From Botryllus schlosseri (taxonomy: Eukaryota), in the NCBI GenBank assembly GCA_051294905.1, contig CM119372.1, forward strand, positions 33,852,001-33,916,000: 64,000 bases of DNA, in the 5' to 3' direction. The notes beneath the pieces were generated by a model that was given only the letters and a program-made list of their open reading frames with translations, searched no databases and was not told where the DNA came from. A program made the translations under genes and the position numbers. The first letter of the stretch is position 1, and each line of letters begins with the position of its first letter. Shown piece by piece: positions 34,701-46,669 of this stretch.

Positions 34701-37700
34701 CGTCCCTCAGAAAATTTTTCTACGAAAAATTTGCATGTCTCATCTTGGCCTCCTCTCCTCTACACCTATTTGAAGTGTGATCAGAACTTTTGTGTTGACT
34801 GCAAGATTCAACTTTACGACTGCTACCATAAGACGTCTCACCCAAGTCTACTTTGTTCAGTACTTTTAGTCCTTTCATTCAACTTCTACTTGAAGTAGAA
34901 GGTATGTCCTGCAAGTAACAAATTACGACAATAGTTCCTCCTTCTACTGGAATAGGCCTGGGCTGTGGAGTCGGTTCCTTTTACACCGACTCCGACTCCT
35001 TATATTTTCTACACGGAACTTCGACTCCTAAATTCCAGTGACATCACCCGGGATCTTGTACCTCTAATTCATTTCTTAGACATGTATGGTTTGAAGAAAT
35101 AATGAAAAATGTACTCACAGAAAGAAATTAAGTTTGCGATGGTTCGATATTGTGAAAAACTTTATAACTTCTGTTACTGCAATGGCACTTTTTAGTAACA
35201 TTTGGTTTGATATTAATGTACTTGGAGTCGGAGTGAGAGCACTTTACCAAACTTCCACTCCAACTGCAGTGAGTATCTTTTCCCCATATCCGACTACAAG
35301 GAGTGCTACAAAATTTCTGTAACTTCAGCTCCGACTCCAAGAGAAAATCTAAGGAAACTCTGACTCGACGACTCCACAGCCCTGGTAGCAACGCATGTAG
35401 GGGAGAGTGGGTAGGTATGGGCCACCAAATCTTACAAAGCCTTAACTTGGCCAAACTTGGTCTAATATTCCTAAATTCCGGTATAGACGATCATTAATTA
35501 TATGGCTAACTAGTGCTGGTAGAATTAAGCTAAAATACCCAAGTATTTGGAAGTGACATTAAATTTTGTAACAATAAATCATTTTTGTAAATAAAAAATA
35601 GGCTTCGAGGTATGGGCCGGGGGGTGGTGAGGTATGGGCCGCTGTCTGTATTGAATCAATAAATGTCATTTATATCCTACAAACCTCAACTCTTGTCACA
35701 GTTACCAACAGTTTGTATATACTGATATAATAAAGCCGGGCTGGAAGTGGACAATTCATATATTTCAATTCCCGTATTGATCGTAAGCCATAACGCATAA
35801 CGAAACAAGATAACTAAAAATATGTAACATGAAAATCACTATCAAATCATGCTTCTTTCGCCTCAACTACCCCTTCAAATCCCAATGTCACAGCTCTATC
35901 TCTTATTTAAGTGGGAGTGACAAACCATGATACCTATTTGAGCATATGATGACATACTGTGCTAAAAAACTTTTCTCCTCTTCATTCAAGACAGTATTGG
36001 AAAACGAGTTTGAAATCTTTTTCATGTGAGACTCATCCCCTGTTTTTTCAGATACCTGTTTAATGTAGCTCTACCAATTTTGTACTGACGGCATGCTTCT
36101 CTTTTTGATACCTCCTCCCATGCTTTAACGTCTCATATTGCCATTGCCAAGCTCAGATCTGATTCTGAAAACTGGCCTTTTTATGGGTTTCATGATTTAC
36201 TTCCAAGTGATTGTATATGGGAGGGATAAGACCAACACCGTCTGTATTCTAGAGATTAATATATTTAATAGGATCAATCAAATATTGATTTCAGGTATAT
36301 GTTATGCTGTCCCATACCTCAGCCCATTGAGGTATGGGCCGGCCCATACCCCAACCTGCTAAAAGGCCCATACCTCAAACACACCGTCTTGGGGATTCTT
36401 ACCATAATATCAAGATCCGAGAGATTGACTAAGCATTAAAACTATACTCTATAGTCTATAGATAGCATATTTCTATAGCTTTCACACCATAAATAAGTCT
36501 AATCCAAACATTTACATATCTGGACTCAAACCCAAGTTCCCTATTTTCAAAAAAATTTACTTTAGACCGCAAAAATTATGTATCTCTAGCTGAGTCAAAA
36601 ACTCCGCTGGCCTCATGGATGTGAGTAACATGGGTGATTCTGGAGTCTTTTTCTAACAATCACAGAGCTTGACAAGCATATGCGATGTCACAGTCACCAG
36701 ATATGGCAGTGGCCCACACCTCAACAGTGGCCCATACCTACCTACTCTCCCCTACCCCTTTCACTGCCTTGCCCATCGCATGATGCACAGTTAGCATGCA
36801 ATAATTGTAAAACTTAAAATGGATGGAGTAAAGTAGGTCTACTGGCCAACACCTATCTCACCTCGTATTGGTTCGAGCCCCAATCCGGCAAAACCTGGAA
36901 TGTGCTACGTAAAGAGCAACCAGTATTCGCGTGAACAAGCCGAAACTGAGTGTTCAGACAATCCAAAGTGACAGCATCATCTGTTGATAAAAACCTTATT
37001 CAATGAAAGCAGAAAAGTACATTGCATTCTCAACTCTTGACGATAACTAGAGGGGGTCACTAGTCGGTAACGAGCTCCGTCTACTTCAGTGGTTCTCAAC
37101 CTTTCGTCTTTGTGGATTTAGCTCGATTATCGTGCAACCGTCAAAGGCCGTGTGCAAATATTACCTGTAGGTCAGCGATGAAGAGGAAGAAAATGACTTT
37201 TATTCAAGATAACATAATACTAATAATGTAGAAATTGGGAAGACTTTCTGTAGCTGCATTTCTTAAAATATGGAAAATTCATTTGATCGATTTGATATGA
37301 ACGAGTGCCTCTATCTAAACAGCAGTAGGCTGTGCTTGTATCAGTAGGCGATTGGCAATTGAAATGAGTTTGCTCAGTAGAATATTTCATTTCATACGGC
37401 CATTCGGTTTATGCGACTCCTGAAAATTGAGCAGTTACGAAGCGAAACTGCCTTTTGATTTCTTTAATTTGAAAAAAATTACATCATCAACCATTTTGCA
37501 AATTTACGCGGCTCCCCGGCTCAGAGCCACCGGTCTACTTGTACGAAGTGCAATAGCGACCTTTGTGTCTTTTCCAGTACTTGTTCAAGTGATTTTAGAC
37601 TACGATTTTAGACTACCTACTTCTACATCAACTTCTTTTGAGGCTACACTGCTTAGTTTTTATTTAACATTCTGAAAAAGTGACATATGGATGGATTCAC

Positions 37701-40700
37701 AACATTTCCATGTGTGAAGTTGCCACGTTGATTTGGTGACGCAGATACAGTGTCGTGGTAACACTACAGATATAAGTTTGAAAATTGCATCTAGTTTCAT
37801 CGGCAATCATCATCTTGTGTTGGTCTTGCAAATTTAAAAACTGACCTCTGACCAACAATACAAATTATGTGATGCTTTGTCCCATTCTAGATCATATACC
37901 TTCGATTCACGACCTTACATGCTTGGAAAACTGCACTACTTTTACTCGTAATTAAGTGATAGTGCGCGACATCAATTCAAATTCTATTAAATTACTTACA
38001 TTGACTACTTTGACGGCAAGCAATATCAGATTTTCAGTAGGGTTACCATCACAGAAATTAGATTACCGGACTAAATATGATAATACTGTCTTTATTTGTG
38101 CTATGTTGTTGACTAAAAATAGTTGGAAGATCCACATTACAGATTTCATGTCATTTATGGCATTTTTCAGTTGTGCCTGTCCATTAGTCTGTCTGCCACA
38201 GCTATAAAGGAGGTCAAATCCTCAGTTTGAGCGGCATGTTCCATAACCTACAATGATCTTCGACATCAGACGATAAAAACGAGGTACCTGTGACGCTCGC
38301 AATGTCCAGCCTCCATATTTCGTTCATTTTGGCTTCGTGCAAAGAGTTTTTGTGGCAAGAGACGATTTGATCGTAAGGAGTAAACGCTGCCTTGCGCACG
38401 TGCGAATGAAGGTAACACCCTGTTTTTACGTGACGTAACTTTAGAAAGTTGCCAGACTTGAGAAGTTGGACCTGTACAAGAAATAATATGTTAAAAATCC
38501 GAAATTTAGTGCATAATAGCCAGATTTGTACAAACTACTCATTTAGTTAGTTGACGCTCAGTTTTTTGAGTAGTTATTGTTCTAGTTTTTGTTGCAGATT
38601 TTGAAAATTGAGTAGTTCTAGTTCTAGTTGCAGATTTTGAAAAGTTAGTTGTTCTAGTTATAGTTACAGTTGCGAGTTTTAAAACTTGGATAGTTGTAGT
38701 TGCGCTTTTAAAAAATTCAGTAGTTTGTACAAGTCTGATAATAGCAGGAGAGCTTAAAAACTGATGAGGGTAAACGAACTTTGACACAATCAGCTGGTGC
38801 TTACAATATGTTTTATTACGAACTCCACCAATATACTGGACATCAGAGGTGGTATTATTTTATCTATTTATTTTTCATTATTATTTTATTTCTGGTAATG
38901 AAAGGTAGCCTACATGTTTCAGTGTCTCCCTGTTGCATGATGTCACGATGAATGATACTAGAAAAATATAGCTGAAGATTACTACTCAACTAGGAACTGG
39001 AACACCTAGGTTCTCGATTTTGCCCAGCCTTAATTTTAAGTGGGATAATAAACCATTTCTGTGATAGTTTGCAATAATTTTATAGTGTACCGGCGTGGAA
39101 GCCGTGCTCTATACTGCTCGTTGTCACAGTTATATTAGTGATGTCTCGTGTTGAATTCGCCTCTTTCATATATGGCAGCTTAAGTAGTGGGACGCATTAT
39201 AAAGTATCCGCAGCAGTACCATGAGTGATCAGTTACAGATAGAGGTATTTTAACCGGTACAGGAGCGAGGAAAAAAACAATGAAAATCAACCACCTAAAT
39301 AAGTTCTTTATTGCCGAACAATGCAATGTTTGGTGATGACTGTAAGAGTTTGATCACATGAAAACACAATAACAGTTGAATGACATGTCTGGTTCCGTAC
39401 TGTACCTCTGCACCGGACTTGTTATGGTATGACTCTTCAGCGAAATATCGCATTTCCACCTCGCTGGGATACACAACTTCCCAGAAGTTGTTTGCGTCTT
39501 TATGGAAATTCAGGGTTGCCTGAAAAAATTCCGCAGACGTGGTTAGCGAGATGCCGCCAACTAAAACATGCTAGCGAAACAAAATCAAGCATGAAAATTC
39601 GATGATGCATGAATCAGAGGAGTTTGATAAAACGTGGACTATACAAGTTGGTTCACTTTAGAGCCCGGCCGATCTATCATATATCTGTCTCTATAGAAAT
39701 ATCGCCATCTGCGGACTCAATATTTATCGACCTGTATAAAGTCATCTCCAATTCTACAAGAGTTCAAAATGAGAGGGTTTTCGGTACAGGTGGATTGACT
39801 TATGGGGACCATAGCAGTTCACTTCCTGGTTTAATTGCTAAAAAGTTTTGTTCCCTGAACTATAATCAATAAAATTCAATAATCGCCAGATTATATTTTG
39901 ATCTGATCAAGACACGCACAATGCGACATAATGAACAGATTGGAGAATGCCGAACGACCAGTTGTGGTCTCTTAAACTGACATCCATATCGACCTAGTGC
40001 CGGGTGTCACAATTCCTTTTTGATGTTAATTTCTATGGCTCTTTCAATTCCCTCAGTGCGTTCGTTCGTCGGGTCTTTTTCTGGGCTTTTTTTGTCGCTG
40101 TAAGAACAGCGACAACGTGGAAGAGGAATATGCCTATTGGACCGGAAACAACGGTTTATTACTAAGCTGGAGTCGATTGTGAATAAATGAAGTTTATATG
40201 GGTTGTATATCTTAAATTACTGCAGAGAACCGGTCAAAAAGTCCCTATATTGTGGTAACTGAATATTCTTTCCAAAATTGTTCTATTAGTAGCGTCATCA
40301 ATCATTTTGTGTTGTCACGGCGATTCAACTTGCCATTTCGAAAGAACCGCACCACCATTTGACCACCATTGATCAAATCAACTGTTGATATCAAGTTGTA
40401 ATTGAGTCAAAATTTATTGAGTTACTGCCACTTCTACTTGAGTATCACTTCTGACTGCATTGATCACCTCTCCAAGCAATCTGATAAAGTATAGGGACTC
40501 TTTTACCGACTACCTCTGATTACTCACAAAAAATAGTGTAAAACAAATGGACGATAAACACAGTCACAAACACACAAAACAATCTGATGCCTCACTTGCT
40601 GATAGGGAAAAGGCATAATGTCGACAGGGTATAATCTATCGTGCGAGTGCAGAAGACCGGAACGAGATGGTTGATGAAATTTCACTGAGATGAGCGAGTC

Positions 40701-43700
40701 GTACGCCACATGAGATGGCATGGAAGTGTTATGAAGTGGGTTACCTTAAAACACCATGCAATGGAAGATGTGAGCCACGGCGAGCAATTGGGACACACAA
40801 AATTACTGTAATGAGTCATTACTGGCTAGAAATCGGGTTGACGAAGTGCATGCTAAAATGAGAATGAATACCAACACATGCCACTACATATTCAGTGCTT
40901 GTCCATTTTATGATCTCGTTAGTTATTGTTCATTCAGTGAAGCTGCCTCCTATTTTACGTATTCTTCTTTTAGTGCTATCTGTAGGTTAAGGCGGGTGTT
41001 TGGAGACTATCCAATCCTTTTCTGGTCTGCATCTTCCTATCTTTTCATTGTACTTCAGTATTGTGATGTTTTTACCTGATTATTATGTTGGTATATGAAT
41101 GAATGTGATTAGGCTATGTAAAACAGGTGGATTCTGAGAGTGTGATAGACGACTTCTAAAATCTAGATAAAGGGACAACGGATACGGATGAAGGCTAAAG
41201 ATGCGTCTAGTATTAATTGACATCAATGTGGCTTTACAAAGGAATTTAATTTCTGCTACGCCGCTGGCAATGAGATTTTTGGGCGTGTTGGAACAAGCTC
41301 ATAATAATGCTAATAGACCCTGCCTTTCTTATAGGTCTGTCTGTGTTACCCAAAGAATACTTTTCAGAGAGATTGGTCACGGCTAGGAATAGGCTCTATC
41401 AATATCTGATTGAATATTCACGCAAATGATATTTTACGTCGATTCAAATCAAACATCTTTAATCAAATGATTCGAAGCTAATCATCAGGAACAAATGATT
41501 CGAAGCTAATCATCAGGAACAATGACATCGCTATCATCCAGATCCAGACAATAATATTAGCTTGGAGTGATGGTGCACTGACCGATATGCAACGCAATTT
41601 TGTTTGCCCAAAACGCTCATTCAAGACTGCAGTATTTTAAAGGATATACATTGATTATTAAAAAATGAAGTACAAAACAGTGTTTGATCCGATATATGAA
41701 TCGAGATCATTTCATATTTTGCCAATTTGAAAAATAAAAAGTTAATCACTTCTGGAGGGACATTCTATAACTGCAGTCATCGTTTATAAGGTTGTGTTCT
41801 TATCAAGTGGAGTCTTATATATATCATGCTATTTAATTTCTAGTCAAAGACGCACAAAATTCTGATACCTTTCAAACAAGATTGAAATAAAGATGAGTGG
41901 AAACCATCTCCGGTGCCACTGTGATTGAGAACTTCATAATGCACCGCAAACGTCGAGACATATACAAGGAAAGGCAAAATCACGAAGAATACGGCAGACC
42001 CAAGAAGTAGGCAGATCCTCGCGAAGATGGTAGCCTGTAATTACAAAATAACGACAACCGTTACAGATAATGCAAATGTCTTGCAAAATAATGTGGCGTA
42101 AGAATGAGTATGGATTGTACCCCAAGGCAAGTATTAGCAATGGTGTGAAAAAATTTCAATTTTGCTAGCAAGCAAAATAGAGTTTCCTGTTACGATTTGT
42201 GCCAGACCGATAACCAAGATCTGTCTCCATAGAAATATCAGTATCGGCCAACACTGGTCAATATTTATCGGCGGCCTGTTCAATGTCTTAATCACTCCTA
42301 CAAATATTCAAAGTGAGAGGATCTTCAGTACCGTTTGACTGAAGTGCTCCTTGGAGGCGTGAAAGCAACTGAAGGGTGCGTGAAGTCGCCTGAGAGAAAT
42401 GAAGTTTAGGAGATCGGAATGAGTTTAAAATTTGTGCTGAAACCTCCAAGTTTCAGCAGCAGTAATAATCCCAATTATATTTCAATTTTAAATGTCACAG
42501 TAGTGTCATACTATCTATAGGCAACACCGCTGATTGAGGCTGATACCGGAACTTGCACCGATCAGAAGATGTCTCCGAATTAGGATTAGCTGGTGACTGA
42601 GTGTAGGTATTAGCTGATGCTTTTATTGTCCGTTTGTCTAGCATCTGTGTAGAATGCGTGGACAGAAACCAAGTTACGGAGAAATAAGATATTTGCTTAT
42701 AAGGCCATGTCATGGGCCATGAATAATATGCCTTTTAAATCTAAGAAACAAGGAGTTATATGGAAGTGGCTTAGAACGTAGGGGCATAGCCACCCCGACT
42801 ATTTTATTGTCTTGCCCGACAGGTGCGACCTGTAGAGAAGAATTATTTGTCCCATGAGAAGTGTCAAGTTTGAAAGGCGGCAACCTGTACCATTGGTTTT
42901 TGATCTGCTTCTACTCATAATTATTGCTGTGTTTAGTCCAGATTTCATATTTGTGAGGCCTCTCAACAGTGACAACCTTCCATGCCATCAAACTATGCGT
43001 TGGGATTGCAAACATTTTGGTTACTCTTTTTAATATTTTTTGACATAATGAGGGGGCGCGCAATTTTTCATTATCATCAAGGGCGCGTCTAAAAAAATTC
43101 GAGAACCACTGATACAGTTGAAATATGTCACATTTGAATATCAACAGAAAATATCGGTTTTAGTAGCAAAAATAAGCCGTATCAGCTCAAAAGTCCGAAT
43201 TCAATTCTCATAACTCCTATGTTCGAATTCTAAATTGGGATTTGAAGCTCAACGTATTTGGACTAGAAATATTAAGGCCGCTCGTCTATGTAGCCTATGT
43301 AACGTGATACCGTCATGATTCAACCAATTTCCATACAAAAGTACTTGAATGCTACGGTGTATTACATTGAAAAGAAGAGGCACATACCTTTCTGCAAGAC
43401 CAGATATCCCACAGAGTCCAGAAGCAGATAAATATTGCTGTGAAAAGGCCGTTCCATTTCACAGAAACTGTGCACCCGAGACAAAATCCACAGCGCAACA
43501 TATCCCTGCACCACGATATCACGGGAAATGCCACCCGTTTGGATTTGGAGTAAAGTTTGAAAGAACTGAGCTTATTGGATGATTCGGCTTTAAAATATAT
43601 AGCGGCAGACATGAAGAAGAGTAAAATTGGGTCGAGAAGTATATATTGTGAAAGAGTCAGTAGTCCGCAGTCGAAAATCTAAAATAAAATAATTTAGATA

Positions 43701-46669
43701 AATTCAGTGTTTTGGCAGATTTATCAATATCTATTTACTGAATATGATAAAAAATTGGATAATACGAGATTAGTTGTTAAAAACATCAAATTAGAACTCA
43801 AAACCGAGGTATAACATGTAGTTTGTAAAAAATGTGGCACTTCTTCGATATACACTCCATATTGCCAATTGTTCACCATGGTCATTAATCCATACACATC
43901 ACTTACTCTCTTTAGGGAGAGCCTGAATTCTGAGGCGAGGAATGATGGGAATGTAGCGAACAGAACACCCCAACCTGCAGTACCAGCCTTACGGGTAGGT
44001 ATAACCAACTTTCAATTCCCTTAATCAAGTGCGTGTATTGACCGAACAACATTGGGGCCACTGTTGATTGGTTGCCAAGGAGACATTTCATACGGTGCTT
44101 GTATTGAAAAAGTGCCAACGTCGCTACACTGAAAGTAACGCGTCTCAAGAGTAAAATCGGTACATTTTATTAGTCAATTTCGTCTAATTCAGCACATACG
44201 ACAGCGTGTTGTTTACTGCTGAGATCGACCTGCATTAGAGTACACCTTACATGGCCGTTCTCTTTTTTGACATCATATATTTACAATAGAATGTGTTCCT
44301 GTTTACTTCTACGGAACTGTGTTTACCAGATCATAATTATTACACCAGAAATTTGAACTCCATCCATGGTATTACAGAATTCCACTGCTGAGGAGAATCG
44401 GTCGAAAAGCTTTAAGCAAACAAAGTGAACAAAATGAACTTATTGCTTTAAAATTTCAAGGAAAACAGTCAACATACACATCATATCGAGGACATCCAGC
44501 ATATGAGTGAAATTTAATTTATAGTAGGGGCCTACCATGAGCGCACTAGAGAGAAAAGCAGCTAGCTGGCTCCCAGTCAACCTTTTCACAGTATAATGTA
44601 GCAGCGAGATCGTCAAAGAGCCCAGTGTTGCACTTGAGGCTCTCATCCCGAAATAATGAACTTTCCAACTGCTGGTGTTGTACGCGTCACCGTGATTTTC
44701 AAACGAAAACCGTCCATCATAGCCTGTAAGTCTTCCTGAAATGGAAAAAAAAAACACTGTGGGTTGAAATTAGATCCAATTCAACCTCTGAAGGTCGTAT
44801 GTCCAAAGATAAAAAGGTTGAACTCAGCTTGTGCTGAACTCAAAATAGTAAATAAATGGTTGGACATCGGTTCTACGATGAGAAACGAGCAAAATCAGAA
44901 TTCGAATTGTACTCTAAGATCACTGAACGAAGAAAATAATTCCTAAAAATAATTTCTTGAATTACAATAGCCTACTAATAAATTGGTAATATAATGTTTG
45001 TTGTGTTGTTTTACCTCAGTACCGGTATATAAGAAAAAAGCACCTGCTGCTGCTATGATCATTTTTCCAAGTGGCGGATGGGCATCAGTGAAATAGGTGC
45101 GATTCAGGTATCTGCCGGCCATTTTACCATAATGCACTTCATCCCAACACACATATTCAGGCACAGCCAGATTATGAAATCTGAAAATGCAACAACTGTT
45201 AACATCATTAAAATCATTGATAGCATTAGTGTAGACGGGAAAAAATTAGCTTACATACAAAAACATGTAAAACAGCTACCTTGTGTAAAGCACTCATGTT
45301 CTTACACAAAGTGAATGGAAATTAGTAATTGATACTTGATATGCATGAGTGGTCTTCTTAGAGTTATTTAAACACAATTTTCTGGAATGACCTCCATATC
45401 TCATCAATATCACAGCATAGTTCAGTACAATTTGAAAAATTAAATACAATACTTCACAATGATAACATGTGTGATTAGTTCATGTCTCAATCAGATACCC
45501 ATGACACCTATAGGGCTATATATAATTGGATAAATGGACATTAGGGCTGTTCAAAAATAACCCTTTTTCCTTAATCTTGCGGGTTACTTGATTAAATCGT
45601 TAGGTTGCCTTGAAAAATGACGCACACCAAATTTGAATTCATTCCAACCAATATTCGCGGATTTCGTAGAGTTTGAAAATTTTGAATTTGCCTAAAAATG
45701 CAAAAAAAGATTTTTTCCAATTTTCCTTCCAACCTTATGAAATTGTTGCGCTGTCTTCAAAAACGATGCAAAACAAATTTGACTCAATTCCAAGCTGCAG
45801 AAGCCGAGTTATTCAAGCTTTTTGATGATAATTCTGGGATGATCCACCAATCAAGGATAATCCCAGAATTATCAAAGAAAAACTGAAATAACTCCACTTC
45901 TACGGCTTCGAATTGAGTCAAATTTGTTTGGCATCGTTTTCGAAGACAGCGCAACAATTTCATGGGGTTGGCAGAAAAATTTGAAAAAATTTTTTTTTGC
46001 ATTTTTAGGCAAATTCAAAATTTTCAAACTCTACGAAATCCGCGAATATTGGTTGGAATGAATTCAAATTGGGTGTGCGTCATTTTTTAAGGCAACCTAA
46101 CGATTTAATCAAGTAACCCGTAAGATTCAGGAAAAAAGGTTATTTTTGAACAGCCCTAATGGACATGCTTTCTAATATCCAAACCAGAATTCAAACTAAC
46201 TCTCATATTATAATCAAGTCTTTTCGAATAATAAAATTGTACACATACGAATGAAAATAGGCAAGCTGTACTATTTACCAATGATCCCCAATTACAAGCC
46301 TAGTTCTACTGCAGGGGCGGCCAACCGTTTCGGCCGGAGGACCACATTAGATTTACGAACCATAGTGCAGGCCACTTAAATTTTGATGGCCTTTATAAGT
46401 CTTCCGATAGGAGTGAACCGGATTAGGCTTTAAAAACTAGACTTATCTTACTACTAATCAAAATCAATAACAACTACATCATGGAAATCTTAAGACCTTC
46501 TCGCCCGCCACATTTGGCCTACGGGCCACGGATTGGTCGCCCCTGCTCTACTGGATAGAGCACAGGATTATTTCAAACATTTGTAATGAGCACAATGAAT
46601 TAGTCATTGTTACGCACTAACCTACCTTGTGAGAAGAGTGAAGATAATAAGTGTCCACATATGATCCAT
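31705..46669 (-). CDS. POMT2: Protein O-mannosyltransferase 2, 712 aa; exons 46626-46669, 45044-45180, 44536-44735, 43388-43678, 41869-42034, 40596-40744, 39406-39519, 38288-38471, 36862-36980, 33813-34034, 31705-32217
   Basis: 11 GT-AG exons with consistent phases summing to 2139 nt. Motifs: CWDEVHYGKM..YLNRTYF.D.HPPLGK (catalytic DE loop, POMT2-type), FDCGLLTLSQYILLDPIL, SVKWNGLF, SGTGDGFHSS.FQ, MIR repeats (LHSH x2, LVH..TGC.L...LPDWG..Q.EVTC), SFWDRF.ESH, WQWPI, RVYLLSNP, LAYG. Start codon less certain. Confidence 0.92.
32550..33200 (-). mobile_element. Decayed non-LTR retrotransposon (LINE) RT C-terminal remnant in POMT2 intron 10
   Basis: Broken frames KFLGL*V...SHVI, SLPPAF, LDIP..N...SYQNFWNGL resemble CR1/L2-type ORF2 C-termini. 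Confidence 0.45.
33310..33785. mobile_element. Buster-type hAT MITE 27 bp from the POMT2 exon 10 donor
   Basis: CAGCGGTTCTCAACC ... GGTTGAGAACCACTG; flanks ATCTATTAT / ATCCATAT (degenerate TSD). Confidence 0.85.
34279..34760. mobile_element. Tc1/pogo-like MITE
   Basis: TIRs GGGGGAGAGGAGGCCAAGATGAGACA / TGTCTCATCTTGGCCTCCTCTCCTC, both flanked by TA; internal AAGATGAGA repeats. Confidence 0.8.
34958..35384. mobile_element. TIR MITE with GACTCC/GGAGTC subterminal repeats (hAT-like)
   Basis: CTGGGCTGTGGAGTCG ... CGACTCCACAGCCCTG; many ACTCCGACTCC repeats; no TSD recovered. Confidence 0.75.
35400..36752 (-). mobile_element. Pogo-like (Tc1/mariner superfamily) deletion derivative with a decayed psq-type HTH
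   Basis: TIRs GGGGAGAGTGGGTAGGTATGGGCCAC / GTGGCCCATACCTACCTACTCTCCCC with TA on both flanks; AGGTATGGGCC subterminal repeats; - strand KGQFSESDLSLAMAI*DVKAWEEVSKREACRQYKIGRATLNRYLKK (~36030-36180). Confidence 0.85.
37087..37532. mobile_element. Buster-type hAT MITE
   Basis: CAGTGGTTCTCAA ... TCAGAGCCACCG; perfect TSD GTCTACTT. Confidence 0.85.
38545..38725. repeat. Imperfect minisatellite (TAGTT/GTTGCAGATTTTGAAAA units) in POMT2 intron 7
   Basis: Repeated TTCTAGTT and TTGCAGATTTTGAAAA blocks. Confidence 0.65.
39885..40130 (-). mobile_element. tRNA-derived SINE family copy (5'-truncated)
   Basis: Matches the body and 3' part of the 27015 and 30030 copies. Confidence 0.65.
43040..43111 (-). 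mobile_element. Terminal fragment of the hAT MITE family seen at 50969-51503
   Basis: Reverse complement reads CAGTGGTTCTCGAATTTTTTTAGACGCGCCC, like the 50969 start. Confidence 0.6.
45542..46158. mobile_element. 617-bp foldback (near-perfect palindromic) TIR element, hAT-like, in POMT2 intron 1
   Basis: Arms of ~300 bp beginning TAGGGCTGTTCAAAAATAACC, 9-nt loop at 45846-45854; perfect TSD ATGGACAT. Confidence 0.93.
46312..46545. mobile_element. Buster-type hAT MITE (234 bp)
   Basis: CAGGGGCGGCCAA / TTGGTCGCCCCTG; TSD TTCTACTG / CTCTACTG. Confidence 0.88.

Noticed and set aside
43724-44148. ORFs with LQVG and WLYL that superficially resemble POMT2 and suggested a frameshifted exon
   Set aside because: The true exon (43388-43678) supplies these helices in frame with proper splice sites, so the matches are coincidental intron sequence.
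45698-46002. Two near-identical short ORFs on opposite strands
   Set aside because: Artefact of the palindromic foldback element.
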